From a bacterium (lineage in GTDB: Bacteria > Patescibacteriota > Patescibacteriia > Patescibacteriales > Patescibacteriaceae), in contig DAORIW010000002.1 of the NCBI GenBank assembly GCA_035438725.1, positions 2,882-66,881 of the forward strand: 64,000 nt of DNA. Direction: 5' to 3'. Within the stretch, counting starts at the first letter, position 1; each line of letters starts with the position of its first letter. This document shows, one piece after another, positions 29,684 through 40,058 of the stretch. Below the pieces are notes generated by a model. That model was not told the origin of the DNA. It made no database searches and saw only the letters and a program-made list of their open reading frames with translations. A program made the translations under genes and the position numbers.

Positions 29684-30319
29684 ATGAAAAAACAAAGAAT
29701 TTTGTTTTGGATACAGGTTGTTGGCGTTCTGATATTTGGAAGCTCGCAACTGTATCATATGATTAGTTATTCTACTATTGGATTAAGTGAAAGTATGTTT
29801 CTTTGTAATACAATAGTAGTAACAATTAATCTTGTGTTGGCTCTAAAGGCTAACAAAATTCAATCATCAAAAAATACTAAGGAGACAGTTCTAATATATT
29901 TTTTTGGAACATTGATTTATATGTCGTTCTTAGTAACGATGGCGATAAAAGCAGAAAGTGCATGGGGTAATTTAGATTGGATTACTATACAAATAGTATT
30001 GGGTTTGATAGCTGTGATGTTGTTGTATGTAAAATATAATAATATTAGTTATCGAAATCCTTTATTAAAAGGTGTAGTTAGTTTAATTTTGAAAGTTGTT
30101 CCCCAGTTAATCATGGCCTACAAAATTTATGAAGTAGGCGGCCAGGGGTTAAGCACAGTAACACTAATAGTTTTCCATATTCTTACTCTTTTAAGAATAT
30201 ATAAGGTTTGGGAAACTAAACGGGAAATGACATCCGAAAAAAATCGAACAGGATTATTACTTTCGGAGATAGGTAATGAAATTTCCTGGATTGTTGTAAC
30301 AATTGTGTGGATATTCTAA
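29684..30319 (+). CDS. Hypothetical multi-pass membrane protein
   Basis: AAGGAGG Shine-Dalgarno before ATG 29684; about 7 hydrophobic helices; own promoter and terminator. Confidence 0.55.
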   Translation: MKKQRILFWIQVVGVLIFGSSQLYHMISYSTIGLSESMFLCNTIVVTINLVLALKANKIQSSKNTKETVLIYFFGTLIYMSFLVTMAIKAESAWGNLDWITIQIVLGLIAVMLLYVKYNNISYRNPLLKGVVSLILKVVPQLIMAYKIYEVGGQGLSTVTLIVFHILTLLRIYKVWETKREMTSEKNRTGLLLSEIGNEISWIVVTIVWIF

Positions 30320-30348
30320 CTGATTGTAAAAAATAATATAAACGTAAA

Positions 30349-30377
30349 GTCCGAGATCAATGATCCCGGGCTTTTTT
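30349..30377 (+). terminator. Rho-independent terminator
   Basis: Stem GTCCGAGATC / GATCCCGGGC, then TTTTTT. Confidence 0.7.
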
Positions 30378-30428
30378 ATTTCTTATAACATAAATTACTT
30401 TATGATATGTATGATATAATAAATATAT

Positions 30429-32657
30429 ATGGCGGATCAAAATTTGATTAATTATATTAAAGAAGCTCAAGGTCAGGGGATAACTCAAGAGCAGATTAAA
30501 GATGATTTATTGAAGGCAGGTTGGCAAGCCGCAATGGTTGAAGATGGCTTTAGAGCTTTGGGATCTCCATTAATCACTCCTTTAGAAACCACAGCGGTCT
30601 TAGAAAAGAAAAAGTTTTCTCCTAAACTTATTCGAGGTTTAATAATTTTCGGTAGCACAATAGCGGTTTTGATAATCGCTTTTTTTGTTTTTAAAAATAA
30701 GATATTTTCATTAGCTAACCCTGAGTCTTCGGAAGAAGTTAGTAAAGTTGATCAGAAAAAGGTTGTTTCATCGCCTTTCTTACAATTTGATACTGAATTA
30801 AAGTTGGCTGATTATAAGAAAGATTTTGCCTATTATGAAGTTATTTGGAATAAAGAGAAAACTTGTTTTGGAATAGTTATAGAAGAAAATTTTAACCTAA
30901 AAGAAGAAACTCAATATCAATATATATCTTTTAAAGATAGTGTAGTTGGTCCTGTAAAAATAATGAATTCTGCTTGGCAAGAATTTAAATTTAGTGACGA
31001 CTGCAGTACCTTGGTATTTAAAGCTCAAGATAAGGAAGATGGTTTATATCATATATATAAGAATGGAGTAGCGATTTATACACAAGATCAGTTTGGTATT
31101 GGAGAATATATATTTGATTCAAAATCAAAAAAAATATTTTATATGGAGGAGAACAGTCTTTTTATCGATGGCGTTAACGTAGGCACGTACAACAATGCTC
31201 TACCGTTAAGTTCCTTAGTTAAAAATTTAAAATTTGATAATTTTGGAAATTATGTTTTTAAAGTAGTAGAAAAAAATCCAGAATATGAAATTTTTATTCA
31301 AAAAAATAAAAAACCACCATCTTCAGAATTCGGGTCTCTTTTACATGGAATTGAGGTAGACCCAAACTTAACTCTTGAAGAAAAAAATAAAAAAATGAAA
31401 GAAGTAATGGATACAATGACACCAGAGGAAATTGAAAAATTTACCGACGAAATGCTTTCTGAAGAATCTCTTATTCAAGAAATCCAACTAGGAGAGGATT
31501 TTAAAAAATTCAACTGGCTAACCAGGGAGATTTTAGTAGTTAACGGTAAACAAACAGAGCCTTTTAAAATTATTCATAGTTTCCACTTTACGGAAAACGG
31601 TGATTTACGATATTTAGCTAGTAAAAATGATGGAGATTATTTCTTTCATGATGGAAAATTAGAGCAACTAGAAAAATATGACCCGACGGATTCTTTTCGA
31701 AGATCATACAATAATTTTAAATCAAGTCCTGATGGTAAAAAATATTCATACACCGTCTCAATGTATAAAACTCCCTCTGATAATTTTACAAAGAATCTAG
31801 GAAATGAAGCAATAGTGAATCAAGAAATCGAGGAAAGTGAGAAGTTAAAAAAATATAAGCTTGTTCTTAATGGTATGGTTACAGAAGAATATGTAGGTTA
31901 TCCAACGGAAAATTTAATATTTAGTGCTGATAGTAAACATGTAGCTTATCATGTTTCTGATAGTGCAAATAATAACTTAGTTTTTTTGGATGGAAAAAAA
32001 ATAGGTTCCTTTCCTAATATTTCCAGTGGTTATTATAATTCTCTTTTTGCTTTTAGCGCAGACAATAAATTATATTTCAATACTTCTGACACCAAAGAAT
32101 CATGTTTGTATATTAATGGAGAAAAAAGTAATTGCCAACAAGGTACTTTTGATAACTTTACCTTTCGAGGAAATTCATTTGCCTATGTTCATAAATATGG
32201 TGACCATGAGAATGCGGCACGTTATAATGTAATTTTTAATGGCGTGGTTCATGGGCCGTACGACTCAATAGATGAATTAGAAATTAGTCCCGATGGTACA
32301 AAGTTTTTTCATATAACTATTGACAGGAAAGGTCTTTTCCTAAATGGGGAAATATTGGAAGCTGAATCAGCTTTTGCGGGAGATCTAGAACAACTGGCTT
32401 TCTTCACTCCTGATAGTCAGCATATTGTTTACTCGGCTCGTCCTACTGATACTAAAATAGAAATAAAAATGGATAAAAAAGTAATTGAGGAAATAGCTAC
32501 TCCACGATCCTATAACCAAGGATATAATCAAGACATTGATTATCTTAATCATCCCGGTTATCTTTTTGCGGCGCCGGATAAAAAAAGTGTTTGGTATTTC
32601 TTTAATCAAAGAGAAACCAAGCAGTTAATCGTAAAAAATATTAAATTAGGTCTTTAG
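30429..32657 (+). CDS. Membrane-anchored protein with PD40/TolB-like beta-propeller repeats
   Basis: Small N-terminal cytoplasmic helical domain, one TM, then repeated S(P/A)D(G/S)K..(Y/F) blades (SSPDGKKYSY, SADSKHVAYH, ISPDGTKFFH, FTPDSQHIVY). Confidence 0.6.
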   Translation: MADQNLINYIKEAQGQGITQEQIKDDLLKAGWQAAMVEDGFRALGSPLITPLETTAVLEKKKFSPKLIRGLIIFGSTIAVLIIAFFVFKNKIFSLANPESSEEVSKVDQKKVVSSPFLQFDTELKLADYKKDFAYYEVIWNKEKTCFGIVIEENFNLKEETQYQYISFKDSVVGPVKIMNSAWQEFKFSDDCSTLVFKAQDKEDGLYHIYKNGVAIYTQDQFGIGEYIFDSKSKKIFYMEENSLFIDGVNVGTYNNALPLSSLVKNLKFDNFGNYVFKVVEKNPEYEIFIQKNKKPPSSEFGSLLHGIEVDPNLTLEEKNKKMKEVMDTMTPEEIEKFTDEMLSEESLIQEIQLGEDFKKFNWLTREILVVNGKQTEPFKIIHSFHFTENGDLRYLASKNDGDYFFHDGKLEQLEKYDPTDSFRRSYNNFKSSPDGKKYSYTVSMYKTPSDNFTKNLGNEAIVNQEIEESEKLKKYKLVLNGMVTEEYVGYPTENLIFSADSKHVAYHVSDSANNNLVFLDGKKIGSFPNISSGYYNSLFAFSADNKLYFNTSDTKESCLYINGEKSNCQQGTFDNFTFRGNSFAYVHKYGDHENAARYNVIFNGVVHGPYDSIDELEISPDGTKFFHITIDRKGLFLNGEILEAESAFAGDLEQLAFFTPDSQHIVYSARPTDTKIEIKMDKKVIEEIATPRSYNQGYNQDIDYLNHPGYLFAAPDKKSVWYFFNQRETKQLIVKNIKLGL

Positions 32658-32663
32658 AAGGAT

Positions 32664-33947
32664 TTACTTGAGTAATTTTCTAAACTGCCCCTCATTTTTA
32701 TATGGTCCAATCACAGCCAGGTTAAGACCTTTTGGATGAAATATTTTTTGAGCAACTCGGCGAATATCTTCGGCTGAGATTTTTTTTATAATCGCTAAAA
32801 ATTCATTCGGGGTCATTAAAGATTTTTTATTTCCGCCTGGTTGTTGAGCTCGGATAACGAGTTGTCGGCCATACCAGTTAGCAATATCATCTGGACCTTC
32901 AAGACTGAGTAAAATTCGACCGGTAATAAATTGTTTGATTTTTTTTAATTCTTCCTTGGGCATTAATTCGGTTGTCAGTCGTTTATATTCTTCGATAATA
33001 ATCGTGATGGCTTTTTCGATCTTATCAACTGGTACGCCCGCTTGGGTGGCAAGGTAACCACTATCGGAATATGTTTCGGCACTGGTACGAACGTAATAAC
33101 AAAGTCCATTTCGTTCGCGCAAATTTAAAAAGAGACGAGCGCTCATTGAACCACCTAAGGCCGTAGCAATAATTTTATGAATAAATTCATCCTTGTTTCC
33201 ATAAGCTTCGGTTCGAACCCCGAGCGATAAATGGGCTTGATCGGTTTTTTTGTATTCGAGTTGAATTGCTGGAGAGGATTGTTTTTCGCGGACCGGTAAC
33301 TTTGGTTTAGCCTGACCCTTTGACCAGCTATTGAAAAAATCACTAATTAGTTTATGAGCTCCCTTTGGAATATCACCCGCTACACACACAAAAGAGTTAG
33401 AGGTTTTATATTGACTCTTAAAATAATTAACAAAATCTTCGCGCTGAAAGCTGGCGATATTTTCTTTAGTACCGATCGTATCCCAACCGGCCGGAGTATC
33501 ACCGTACAAACATTGTTCAAAAACATCTTCAATGCGCATGATTGGGTTATCGAGATACATGTTTACTTCTTCGATGATTACGCCTTTTTCGCGATTAATT
33601 TCTTCGCTTTCAAATTTAGAATGAAGGAGCATGTCAGACAAGACATCTAAGGCTAATTTAGTTTCTTGTTTAGCCACTTTAATCCAGTAGCCAGTATATT
33701 CTTTTGAGGTGAAGGCGTTATACTCTCCTCCGACGCGGTCGAGAGTAGAGGAAATAGTCAGTGTGTCAGGTCGCTTGTCCGTTCCTTTAAAAAACATGTG
33801 TTCGAGGAAATGAGACAAGCCACTATTTTTTCGATTTTCGTATTTTGAGCCAGTGGCGATCATCACTAAAATGGCCGTAGTTTTAGCTCCGGTCATAGGC
33901 ACGGTTAATAAGTTTAAACCGTTAGAAAGTTTTTTTATTTGAGGCAT
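32664..33947 (-). CDS. M16 (pitrilysin/insulinase) family zinc peptidase
   Basis: HFLEHMFFKGT inverted zinc motif; 427 aa. Confidence 0.9.
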   Translation of the reverse strand: MPQIKKLSNGLNLLTVPMTGAKTTAILVMIATGSKYENRKNSGLSHFLEHMFFKGTDKRPDTLTISSTLDRVGGEYNAFTSKEYTGYWIKVAKQETKLALDVLSDMLLHSKFESEEINREKGVIIEEVNMYLDNPIMRIEDVFEQCLYGDTPAGWDTIGTKENIASFQREDFVNYFKSQYKTSNSFVCVAGDIPKGAHKLISDFFNSWSKGQAKPKLPVREKQSSPAIQLEYKKTDQAHLSLGVRTEAYGNKDEFIHKIIATALGGSMSARLFLNLRERNGLCYYVRTSAETYSDSGYLATQAGVPVDKIEKAITIIIEEYKRLTTELMPKEELKKIKQFITGRILLSLEGPDDIANWYGRQLVIRAQQPGGNKKSLMTPNEFLAIIKKISAEDIRRVAQKIFHPKGLNLAVIGPYKNEGQFRKLLK

Positions 33948-33961
33948 ATTTTATTTTCGTC

Positions 33962-33982
33962 ATCCCGGCTTTGAGCCGGGAT
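33962..33982. repeat. GC-rich hairpin element (ATCCCGGC-TTTGA-GCCGGGAT, preceded by GTC)
   Basis: Perfect 8-bp stem in the glyQS-M16 spacer. Confidence 0.6.
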
Positions 33983-34013
33983 CCAGTTAATGTTATTAAA
34001 TCTTCTTGTCTAG

Positions 34014-34033
34014 ACCCCTGCCTTCGCAGGGGT
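34014..34033. repeat. GC-rich hairpin element (ACCCCTGC-CTTC-GCAGGGGT, followed by GAC)
   Basis: Perfect 8-bp stem with a tetraloop, inverted relative to the neighbouring element. Confidence 0.6.
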
Positions 34034-34057
34034 GACAGCTAAACGATGTTAATTGTA

Positions 34058-35422
34058 TTACAACCTTTCTTTTAAATAATTTTCCAACTCATCAATCTTA
34101 ATTCTTTTTTGTTCCATAGAATCTCGTTCTCGTACCGTTACGTCGTTGTGCTCTAAGCTATCAAAATCAACAGTGATACAAAACGGTGTTCCAATTTCAT
34201 CCTGGCGACGGTAGCGTTTCCCAACATTACCATTGTCATCAAATTCGCTTGGGTAAGCTTTCTTTAACATTGCGTACACTTCACGAGCCTTACTTACTAA
34301 CTCTGGCTTATTTTTCATCAAAGGAAAAACGGCGACTTTAACTGGGGCGAGTTTGGTTGGCAATCGTAAAACGATACGAGTATCTTCACCTGTTATTTCT
34401 TCGTGATAAGCCGAGAGTAATACTGCTAACATGGTTCGCTCTACGCCCATTGAAGGCTCAATGACATGCGGGATAGATTTAATATTATTTTCATCACTGT
34501 ATTCAAGGCCATGACTCTTCAAATCAAAATCATAACGATAGGCTAAACCGTAGAGTTCTTTCGTGCCAAATGGATACTTATATTCAAAATCAATAGTTTT
34601 CTTTGAATAATGGGCCCGCTCTCCATCTGGTATTTCAACTTCATTAATTGAAGCATCATAATCAATTCCGAGATCCTTAATCCAATTCACAACTTGCATT
34701 TTCCAGGCTTCGAAATAACCAAGCCATTCACTCTCAGTTTTTGGAGCGGGAATAAAATATTCGATTTCCATTTGTTCGAATTCACGAGTCCGGAATATAA
34801 AGTTGCCGGGGGTAATTTCATTTCGAAAAGCTTTACCGATTTGGCCGACACCAAAAGGTAATTTCTTACGAGAAGTATCAAGAATATTTTTAAAGTTGAT
34901 AAAAATACCCTGGGCGGTTTCCGGTCGGAAATAAGTAGCGTTACTTTCGTCTTCGACTGGTCCGAGATGAGTTTTCATCATCATGTTAAATTGTTTCGGT
35001 TCGGTTAGTTCGTTTCCGGCCGGACTTTTCAACTTAAGTTCAGTCATTTTTTCGGTCATGCTTTTAAAATCTAGACCACTCGTCTTAACCCCTTGTTCTT
35101 CCAGTAAATGATCTAAACGAAAACGTTCATGAGTTTTTTTATCTTCAACTAACGGGTCAGTGAAATGCCCGAGGTGACCACTTTTTTCCCAAACTGTTGT
35201 GTTTAAGAGAAGGGAACTATCAAGACCAACCATATCGTCGCGATTTTCAACAAAACATTTCCACCACAACTGTTTAATATTGTTTTTCAGCGTAACGCCT
35301 AAAGGACCGTAATCCCAACTGTTGGCTAGTCCACCGTAGATTTCTGAACCGGGAAAAACAAAGCCACGTCGTTTACATAACGAAATAATTTTCTCCATTA
35401 AATCTGATTTTTGCTCTTTCAT
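34058..35422 (-). CDS. glyQS: Glycine--tRNA ligase (homodimeric class II type)
   Basis: RRGFVFPGSEIYGGLANSWDYGPLG, FRNEITPGNFIFRTREFEQMEIEYF, GVERTMLAVL. Confidence 0.95.
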   Translation of the reverse strand: MKEQKSDLMEKIISLCKRRGFVFPGSEIYGGLANSWDYGPLGVTLKNNIKQLWWKCFVENRDDMVGLDSSLLLNTTVWEKSGHLGHFTDPLVEDKKTHERFRLDHLLEEQGVKTSGLDFKSMTEKMTELKLKSPAGNELTEPKQFNMMMKTHLGPVEDESNATYFRPETAQGIFINFKNILDTSRKKLPFGVGQIGKAFRNEITPGNFIFRTREFEQMEIEYFIPAPKTESEWLGYFEAWKMQVVNWIKDLGIDYDASINEVEIPDGERAHYSKKTIDFEYKYPFGTKELYGLAYRYDFDLKSHGLEYSDENNIKSIPHVIEPSMGVERTMLAVLLSAYHEEITGEDTRIVLRLPTKLAPVKVAVFPLMKNKPELVSKAREVYAMLKKAYPSEFDDNGNVGKRYRRQDEIGTPFCITVDFDSLEHNDVTVRERDSMEQKRIKIDELENYLKERL

Positions 35423-35476
35423 AATCGGTTATTTTATGACTTTATAATTAGGTAATTTAACAATAACGAGCTTATA

Positions 35477-36814
35477 TCATTCTGTCAAAAGGGAGGGTTT
35501 TCTTGAGGCCGCCATTATTCCCAATATCGACCCGCTTAACATAATTCCAAAGGGAAGACTAAAAAGCCAGTGATCAAATAAGGCAATAATTATAACGGCA
35601 AGAATAAGAGCCAGAACTAAATTTCGATGTTCTGAAATGGGATTATTTTCATCTTTAGAATCATCTTTATATATATGAATAAAGAACGTCCCAAAAAAAC
35701 TCAGTACTAAGATCAGTCCGAATATCCCTAGTTCAGCCGCCAGTAAAAGGAATGTATTGTGAACTGGTTGATAGAACCAACTGAGCTTTTTAGGATTATT
35801 TTTTTCTAAAGCTAGCGTATAGGTTCCTAATCCAAAACCAAAAAATGGTTTTTTTAGTAGTAGATCTTTGGCTGACCCGAGGCCATCAAGTCGTTCATGA
35901 GTAGAAATTTGTTCGAGTCTGGTATCGCCGGAAAGACGCGGAGAAAAGAGATATGAATATTGAAAAGAAATTAATGAAATAACTATTGTGATAGTTGCTA
36001 ACCAGCCAATAAAATCAGGTCGAATTTTTTTTGTTTTATATAGGTAAGAAATTATTAGGATTACAATTCCGGTGGTGGCGGCTAACCAAGCGGCTCGAGA
36101 AAAAGAAAGAACTGTTCCGGCCGATAAGATGGCGATTGAAAAAATAAGGATCAGGCCTTCAATTTTATTTTTGGCATCGTTTCGAAATAACCATAGCCAC
36201 GAAGCGATAATGAGAGCAAGAGCCATTAAGCCACCAAACATATTAGGATGGTCGAGACTTCCGTACGCTCGTAACCAACGTTCGGTTACTCCATCCGGAG
36301 CGACGGCTTCAATTACCGACACCCCGAGGGTTCGTGCATCGTGTTCGGCTAAACCAAGCCATTTGGAAGCAAAGGTTGATTGGCTAAGAAATTGCCAAAT
36401 TCCCAAGAGTCCATTAAGAGTAGCACCACTGACAAAGGCGAGACTTAGATGACGAAAAGAAATATCTGTGTTTGAAAGAATATAAAACAAAGAAATACTT
36501 AAAAATATAATTCCAAGTTTATATAAAGAAAGCAGGGGAGAGAGACTGAAAGGAATGATAACTAAGCAATACAGTACAAAACCCAATAATACATAATGAT
36601 GTTTCTTGAACTCAAAATGTAGGTTAAGATTTTTTTGGGAAATAATAAAAAAAATCAAAGACAGAATAATTAAAAGGGAAGTAGCATAGAGACTAATGGT
36701 ACCGTACTCCCAAGGACCATTATTAATTACCCCTTCTTTAATAATCCAGCGAGTTTGAAGAGGCAATGTAAACAGGGTGAGGAATATGAGCCAGTGCGTA
36801 ATTTTTTTTATCAT
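35477..36814 (-). CDS. O-antigen ligase/polymerase-like (Wzy_C) membrane protein
   Basis: About 11 TM helices with a periplasmic-loop pattern RAYGSLDHPNMFGG. Confidence 0.68.
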   Translation of the reverse strand: MIKKITHWLIFLTLFTLPLQTRWIIKEGVINNGPWEYGTISLYATSLLIILSLIFFIISQKNLNLHFEFKKHHYVLLGFVLYCLVIIPFSLSPLLSLYKLGIIFLSISLFYILSNTDISFRHLSLAFVSGATLNGLLGIWQFLSQSTFASKWLGLAEHDARTLGVSVIEAVAPDGVTERWLRAYGSLDHPNMFGGLMALALIIASWLWLFRNDAKNKIEGLILIFSIAILSAGTVLSFSRAAWLAATTGIVILIISYLYKTKKIRPDFIGWLATITIVISLISFQYSYLFSPRLSGDTRLEQISTHERLDGLGSAKDLLLKKPFFGFGLGTYTLALEKNNPKKLSWFYQPVHNTFLLLAAELGIFGLILVLSFFGTFFIHIYKDDSKDENNPISEHRNLVLALILAVIIIALFDHWLFSLPFGIMLSGSILGIMAASRKPSLLTE

Positions 36815-36816
36815 AA

Positions 36817-37716
36817 TTATATATTGATACCAATTTTTTGAAGTCGGAGTTGATATTCATGTTTAAAATATTCTCGTCGGTCAACGGTGTGTAATTTTAG
36901 GATATGATCAGAGATGATTACTTGTTGATTTTTATTGGCTAGGTTTCTAATAAGTGGAGACATAACTCGCCAATGTAATTTTTGAGAAATTTTTTCTAAA
37001 CTTCTAAGAAAGGAGAGTGACCAGAATGCCTGAGATACTTTTGATTGAAAGCGCCGGATTGGTTCGGCCGCTGCTCTCCAATTTGGAAGTTCCTCTCTCA
37101 ACCATTGATTAGCTTTAATTAATTTTTGATAATACGATATATCACCATACAAGGGCAGAAGTCCGGCCAGCCAGTAGGTAAAATAATAATCTTCTTCAAA
37201 TCGACAGTTTGTTAAATTTAAATTACTCTCATCAACTAAGAAACTTAAACAGAGGCGGTCGGCGCTATGATTTTTAGTGGGCCGAATGCCTAGAATTTTT
37301 ATAATTAGGGTAGCCGTTAATTTTGTAAGCCAGAGACGCTCTTGTTTAGTAATAATAAAAAGGTCACTGTCACTACTGGCCCGAAGATTATGAGAGCCAA
37401 TACTATTGGCTAAACAGATAAGACGAATGCCTGGTAGCCATTGAATAAAAAGAAGGCGTCGGCGGGTTTTTTGTATTTTTCGATTAGTGATTAGATATCG
37501 TTCCCGGCGAATCTCGAAAATATGTTGACGACCGGGTAAAAAATAAAAACCAAATTTTTTTTCAAGCGGAAGATTATAATCTTCTAAAGCCTCAGTGACA
37601 GCTGATAAGGAAGATTTTTCGGGGAGATATTGCCAGATTTCAAAAGCAGTCAGGGGATAATCAAAAATATCGAAATAGGCAATTGTTTTTAGAATAGAGG
37701 TCGAGAGCGAGGACAT
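36817..37716 (-). CDS. Hypothetical protein, possible nucleotidyltransferase fold
   Basis: GS-x8-SDSDLFII resembles the hG[GS]x9-13Dh[DE]h NTase motif. Confidence 0.45.
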   Translation of the reverse strand: MSSLSTSILKTIAYFDIFDYPLTAFEIWQYLPEKSSLSAVTEALEDYNLPLEKKFGFYFLPGRQHIFEIRRERYLITNRKIQKTRRRLLFIQWLPGIRLICLANSIGSHNLRASSDSDLFIITKQERLWLTKLTATLIIKILGIRPTKNHSADRLCLSFLVDESNLNLTNCRFEEDYYFTYWLAGLLPLYGDISYYQKLIKANQWLREELPNWRAAAEPIRRFQSKVSQAFWSLSFLRSLEKISQKLHWRVMSPLIRNLANKNQQVIISDHILKLHTVDRREYFKHEYQLRLQKIGINI

Positions 37717-37724
37717 GAAAAAAT

Positions 37725-38831
37725 TTAATCATTTTCTAATAGTGGTCTTTCTATTTCCATTGATTCAATAGAGGATTCCAGACCGGTAATTTTAATAACA
37801 TCTTTATCAACTTTTTTAAATTCTTTGTAGGCACTGTTAAAATGATTAACGGTCGTCGTCATACTGGTACCTAATTTTTGCATGTAGGTATCATAAATAG
37901 TTAAATGCTGACGTAGCTTCTCAACGTTAGCGCGGATTGTTATAGCGGTTTCTTCAATATGCATGGCTCGAAGTCCCTGGAGAACAGTTTGTAGGTAGGC
38001 GAGGAAGGAAGTCGGCGAAACAATAATAACTTTATACTTACTGGCCGCTCGTTGAATTAAGTTTTCAGTTTCTTCAGTAACCGCGCCGATTTTATTAATA
38101 ATTAAATCGTAATAAATTGCCTCATGGGGAATAAACATAAAAGCAAAATCCATTGTCCCTTTTTCGGGTTGGATATATTTTGATGTTTCGACAATTCTAT
38201 TTTTTAAATCGTTCAAGAAGACTTTTTCCAAACGTTCTTTTTCGGCGGGCTCACTGGCTTCGCTAATACGATTATAATTTTCCAACGAGAATTTTGAATC
38301 GATGGGAATAATTTTATCTTTGACAAAAACGGCCGCATCGACAATCGTTCCGTCCGGAAAACCAAATTGCATTTGATAACTGCCCGCCGGCATGACGTTC
38401 TTTAATAACGTCTCCAAATAATACTCACCAAGCACGCCTCGTTGTTTCGGATTTTTTAAAATATCTTGGAGGCTTTGGAGTTGTCCGGAAAAATTTACAA
38501 CTTGGCGATTAGTTTCATCAAGCTTAGTTAATTTTTCGGTGACGTCACTAATGAGTTTGGCGGACTGACCACTAATCGCTTGGATGATTTTTGTGGTTTC
38601 GCCAAATTGACGGCTGTGAGCAGCATGAGTTTCGGTTAATTTTTCATCAAGGGTCTGACGCAAGTCTTTATTCTGGTCGGCTAAATTAGCCAGTCGTTCC
38701 ATTAATGCCCCAAGCTCACCACTGTTTTGTTCAGAGGGACGGCGTAATAGAAGGATAATCGCGATAATAATTCCAATCGTTAAAATCAGGCCAAATATTA
38801 AGATAAGGGTAAAAGTCATAGTATTTTCCAT
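37725..38831 (-). CDS. rmuC: DNA recombination protein RmuC
   Basis: N-terminal TM plus coiled coil; GVLGEYYLETLL and IPIDSKF RmuC core. Confidence 0.85.
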   Translation of the reverse strand: MENTMTFTLILIFGLILTIGIIIAIILLLRRPSEQNSGELGALMERLANLADQNKDLRQTLDEKLTETHAAHSRQFGETTKIIQAISGQSAKLISDVTEKLTKLDETNRQVVNFSGQLQSLQDILKNPKQRGVLGEYYLETLLKNVMPAGSYQMQFGFPDGTIVDAAVFVKDKIIPIDSKFSLENYNRISEASEPAEKERLEKVFLNDLKNRIVETSKYIQPEKGTMDFAFMFIPHEAIYYDLIINKIGAVTEETENLIQRAASKYKVIIVSPTSFLAYLQTVLQGLRAMHIEETAITIRANVEKLRQHLTIYDTYMQKLGTSMTTTVNHFNSAYKEFKKVDKDVIKITGLESSIESMEIERPLLEND

Positions 38832-39166
38832 ATTGCTCTCTAACTGGTTTTATTATAAGCTAAAATAGAGTAATCGTTACATTATAGCAAATATATTAAA
38901 AAGTATATGTCTCACCCCTTTTTTTCTTGGAAAGCTAGACAATCATTTATTCTGTCGATGATTAGTTTTGTGTTGGGATTTATAGTGGCTTGGTTAATGT
39001 GTTCGGATACCTTTCAATATATGTTTGCGTTGATGTTTGCTACGTAATATGAAAAGTCGGGGTCGAACAAAAGTTGGAAGTAAGAGAGGAAATCCAGGTT
39101 ATCGGACACCGAGTTTTTTTAAGAATGTCCAAGTTAATTTTAAGCAGTCTACTAAAATAAAAAATA

Positions 39167-39919
39167 TTAGATCAACTCCCAAAACTTGTCATACCATGAA
39201 CGGTGCATAGCGCTAATTTCCTTACTCTCAATAATAACGCCCATAAAATTTTCTTTATAAGAGAGAAAAGCAACTTTATTTGCAAATATTTTCATATCAC
39301 CGCTAAAGGCATGAGCTGAATCTTTTATTATTTTAACCTCTCGTAGTTCTTCCTTTGCTCGTGCCTTCCATTTTTTTGCTTCAATAGAATCAGTCGTAAT
39401 AGTACGATTGATTATTTTTTTCTTTACACGTTCCTTAACATAGTAATCCCCAATTTCTTCGGGAAAAACTCTTTGGAAGTCAGTCATCCCTGTATAACTT
39501 AAAATAGTATCACCCGGAGCTACACTGTTTACTACTTCGCGATAAATATCCTTTATTCCACCCACTCCCTCGTAGAGAGTTATTTTTGGTTTATAAGGAA
39601 AGACATTGTGAAGTGATTGAAGGTGGGGGATAACGCTATCAATCATTTTGGCCCTCTCTTCTAAAGAGACTTTTAAGTTACGTGGATCTTCAATAAAGTA
39701 AGTTTTTTTACCCGATCTTTTGACTAAGCTTACATGGCCTTCGGACTGGAGTTCAGGAAGAATACTATAAACAGTAGTTCGTTTTAATTGGGCCATAGCG
39801 GCAATCGAAGCCACGGATGCTTCACCAAGTTCTAACAAGGTTAAATAGACCTTGGTTTTTTTATCAGAAAAACCGGTTAGTGATTGAATACTCTTTTCAA
39901 GATTGTTTAATTTTTTCAT
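39167..39919 (-). CDS. TrmB-family transcriptional regulator
   Basis: N-terminal wHTH KVYLTLLELGEASVASIAAMAQLKRTTVYSILPELQSEGHV; start moved to MKKLNNL, downstream of the promoter. Confidence 0.8.
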   Translation of the reverse strand: MKKLNNLEKSIQSLTGFSDKKTKVYLTLLELGEASVASIAAMAQLKRTTVYSILPELQSEGHVSLVKRSGKKTYFIEDPRNLKVSLEERAKMIDSVIPHLQSLHNVFPYKPKITLYEGVGGIKDIYREVVNSVAPGDTILSYTGMTDFQRVFPEEIGDYYVKERVKKKIINRTITTDSIEAKKWKARAKEELREVKIIKDSAHAFSGDMKIFANKVAFLSYKENFMGVIIESKEISAMHRSWYDKFWELI

Positions 39920-39944
39920 ATTGTCGAATTTTTTAGACACATTA

Positions 39945-39973
39945 AATATAGCAAAAAAATTGAAAATTGTCAA
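39945..39973 (-). promoter_or_regulatory. Promoter TTGACA-17-TATATT for the TrmB-family gene
   Basis: Plus-strand TGTCAA 39968-39973 and AATATA 39945-39950. Confidence 0.55.
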
Positions 39974-40030
39974 TAAAATATCAAATTATTAAGGTATATA
40001 AAAAATTATTATATATATTACAGACTAAAA

Positions 40031-40049
40031 TAGTAGAGTTGATATACTA
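40031..40049. promoter_or_regulatory. Inverted repeat TAGTA-N9-TACTA just upstream of the AlaRS-like start (candidate operator)
   Basis: TAGTA 40031-40035 and TACTA 40045-40049, 10 nt before ATG 40059. Confidence 0.3.
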
Positions 40050-40058
40050 GGTCTAAGT

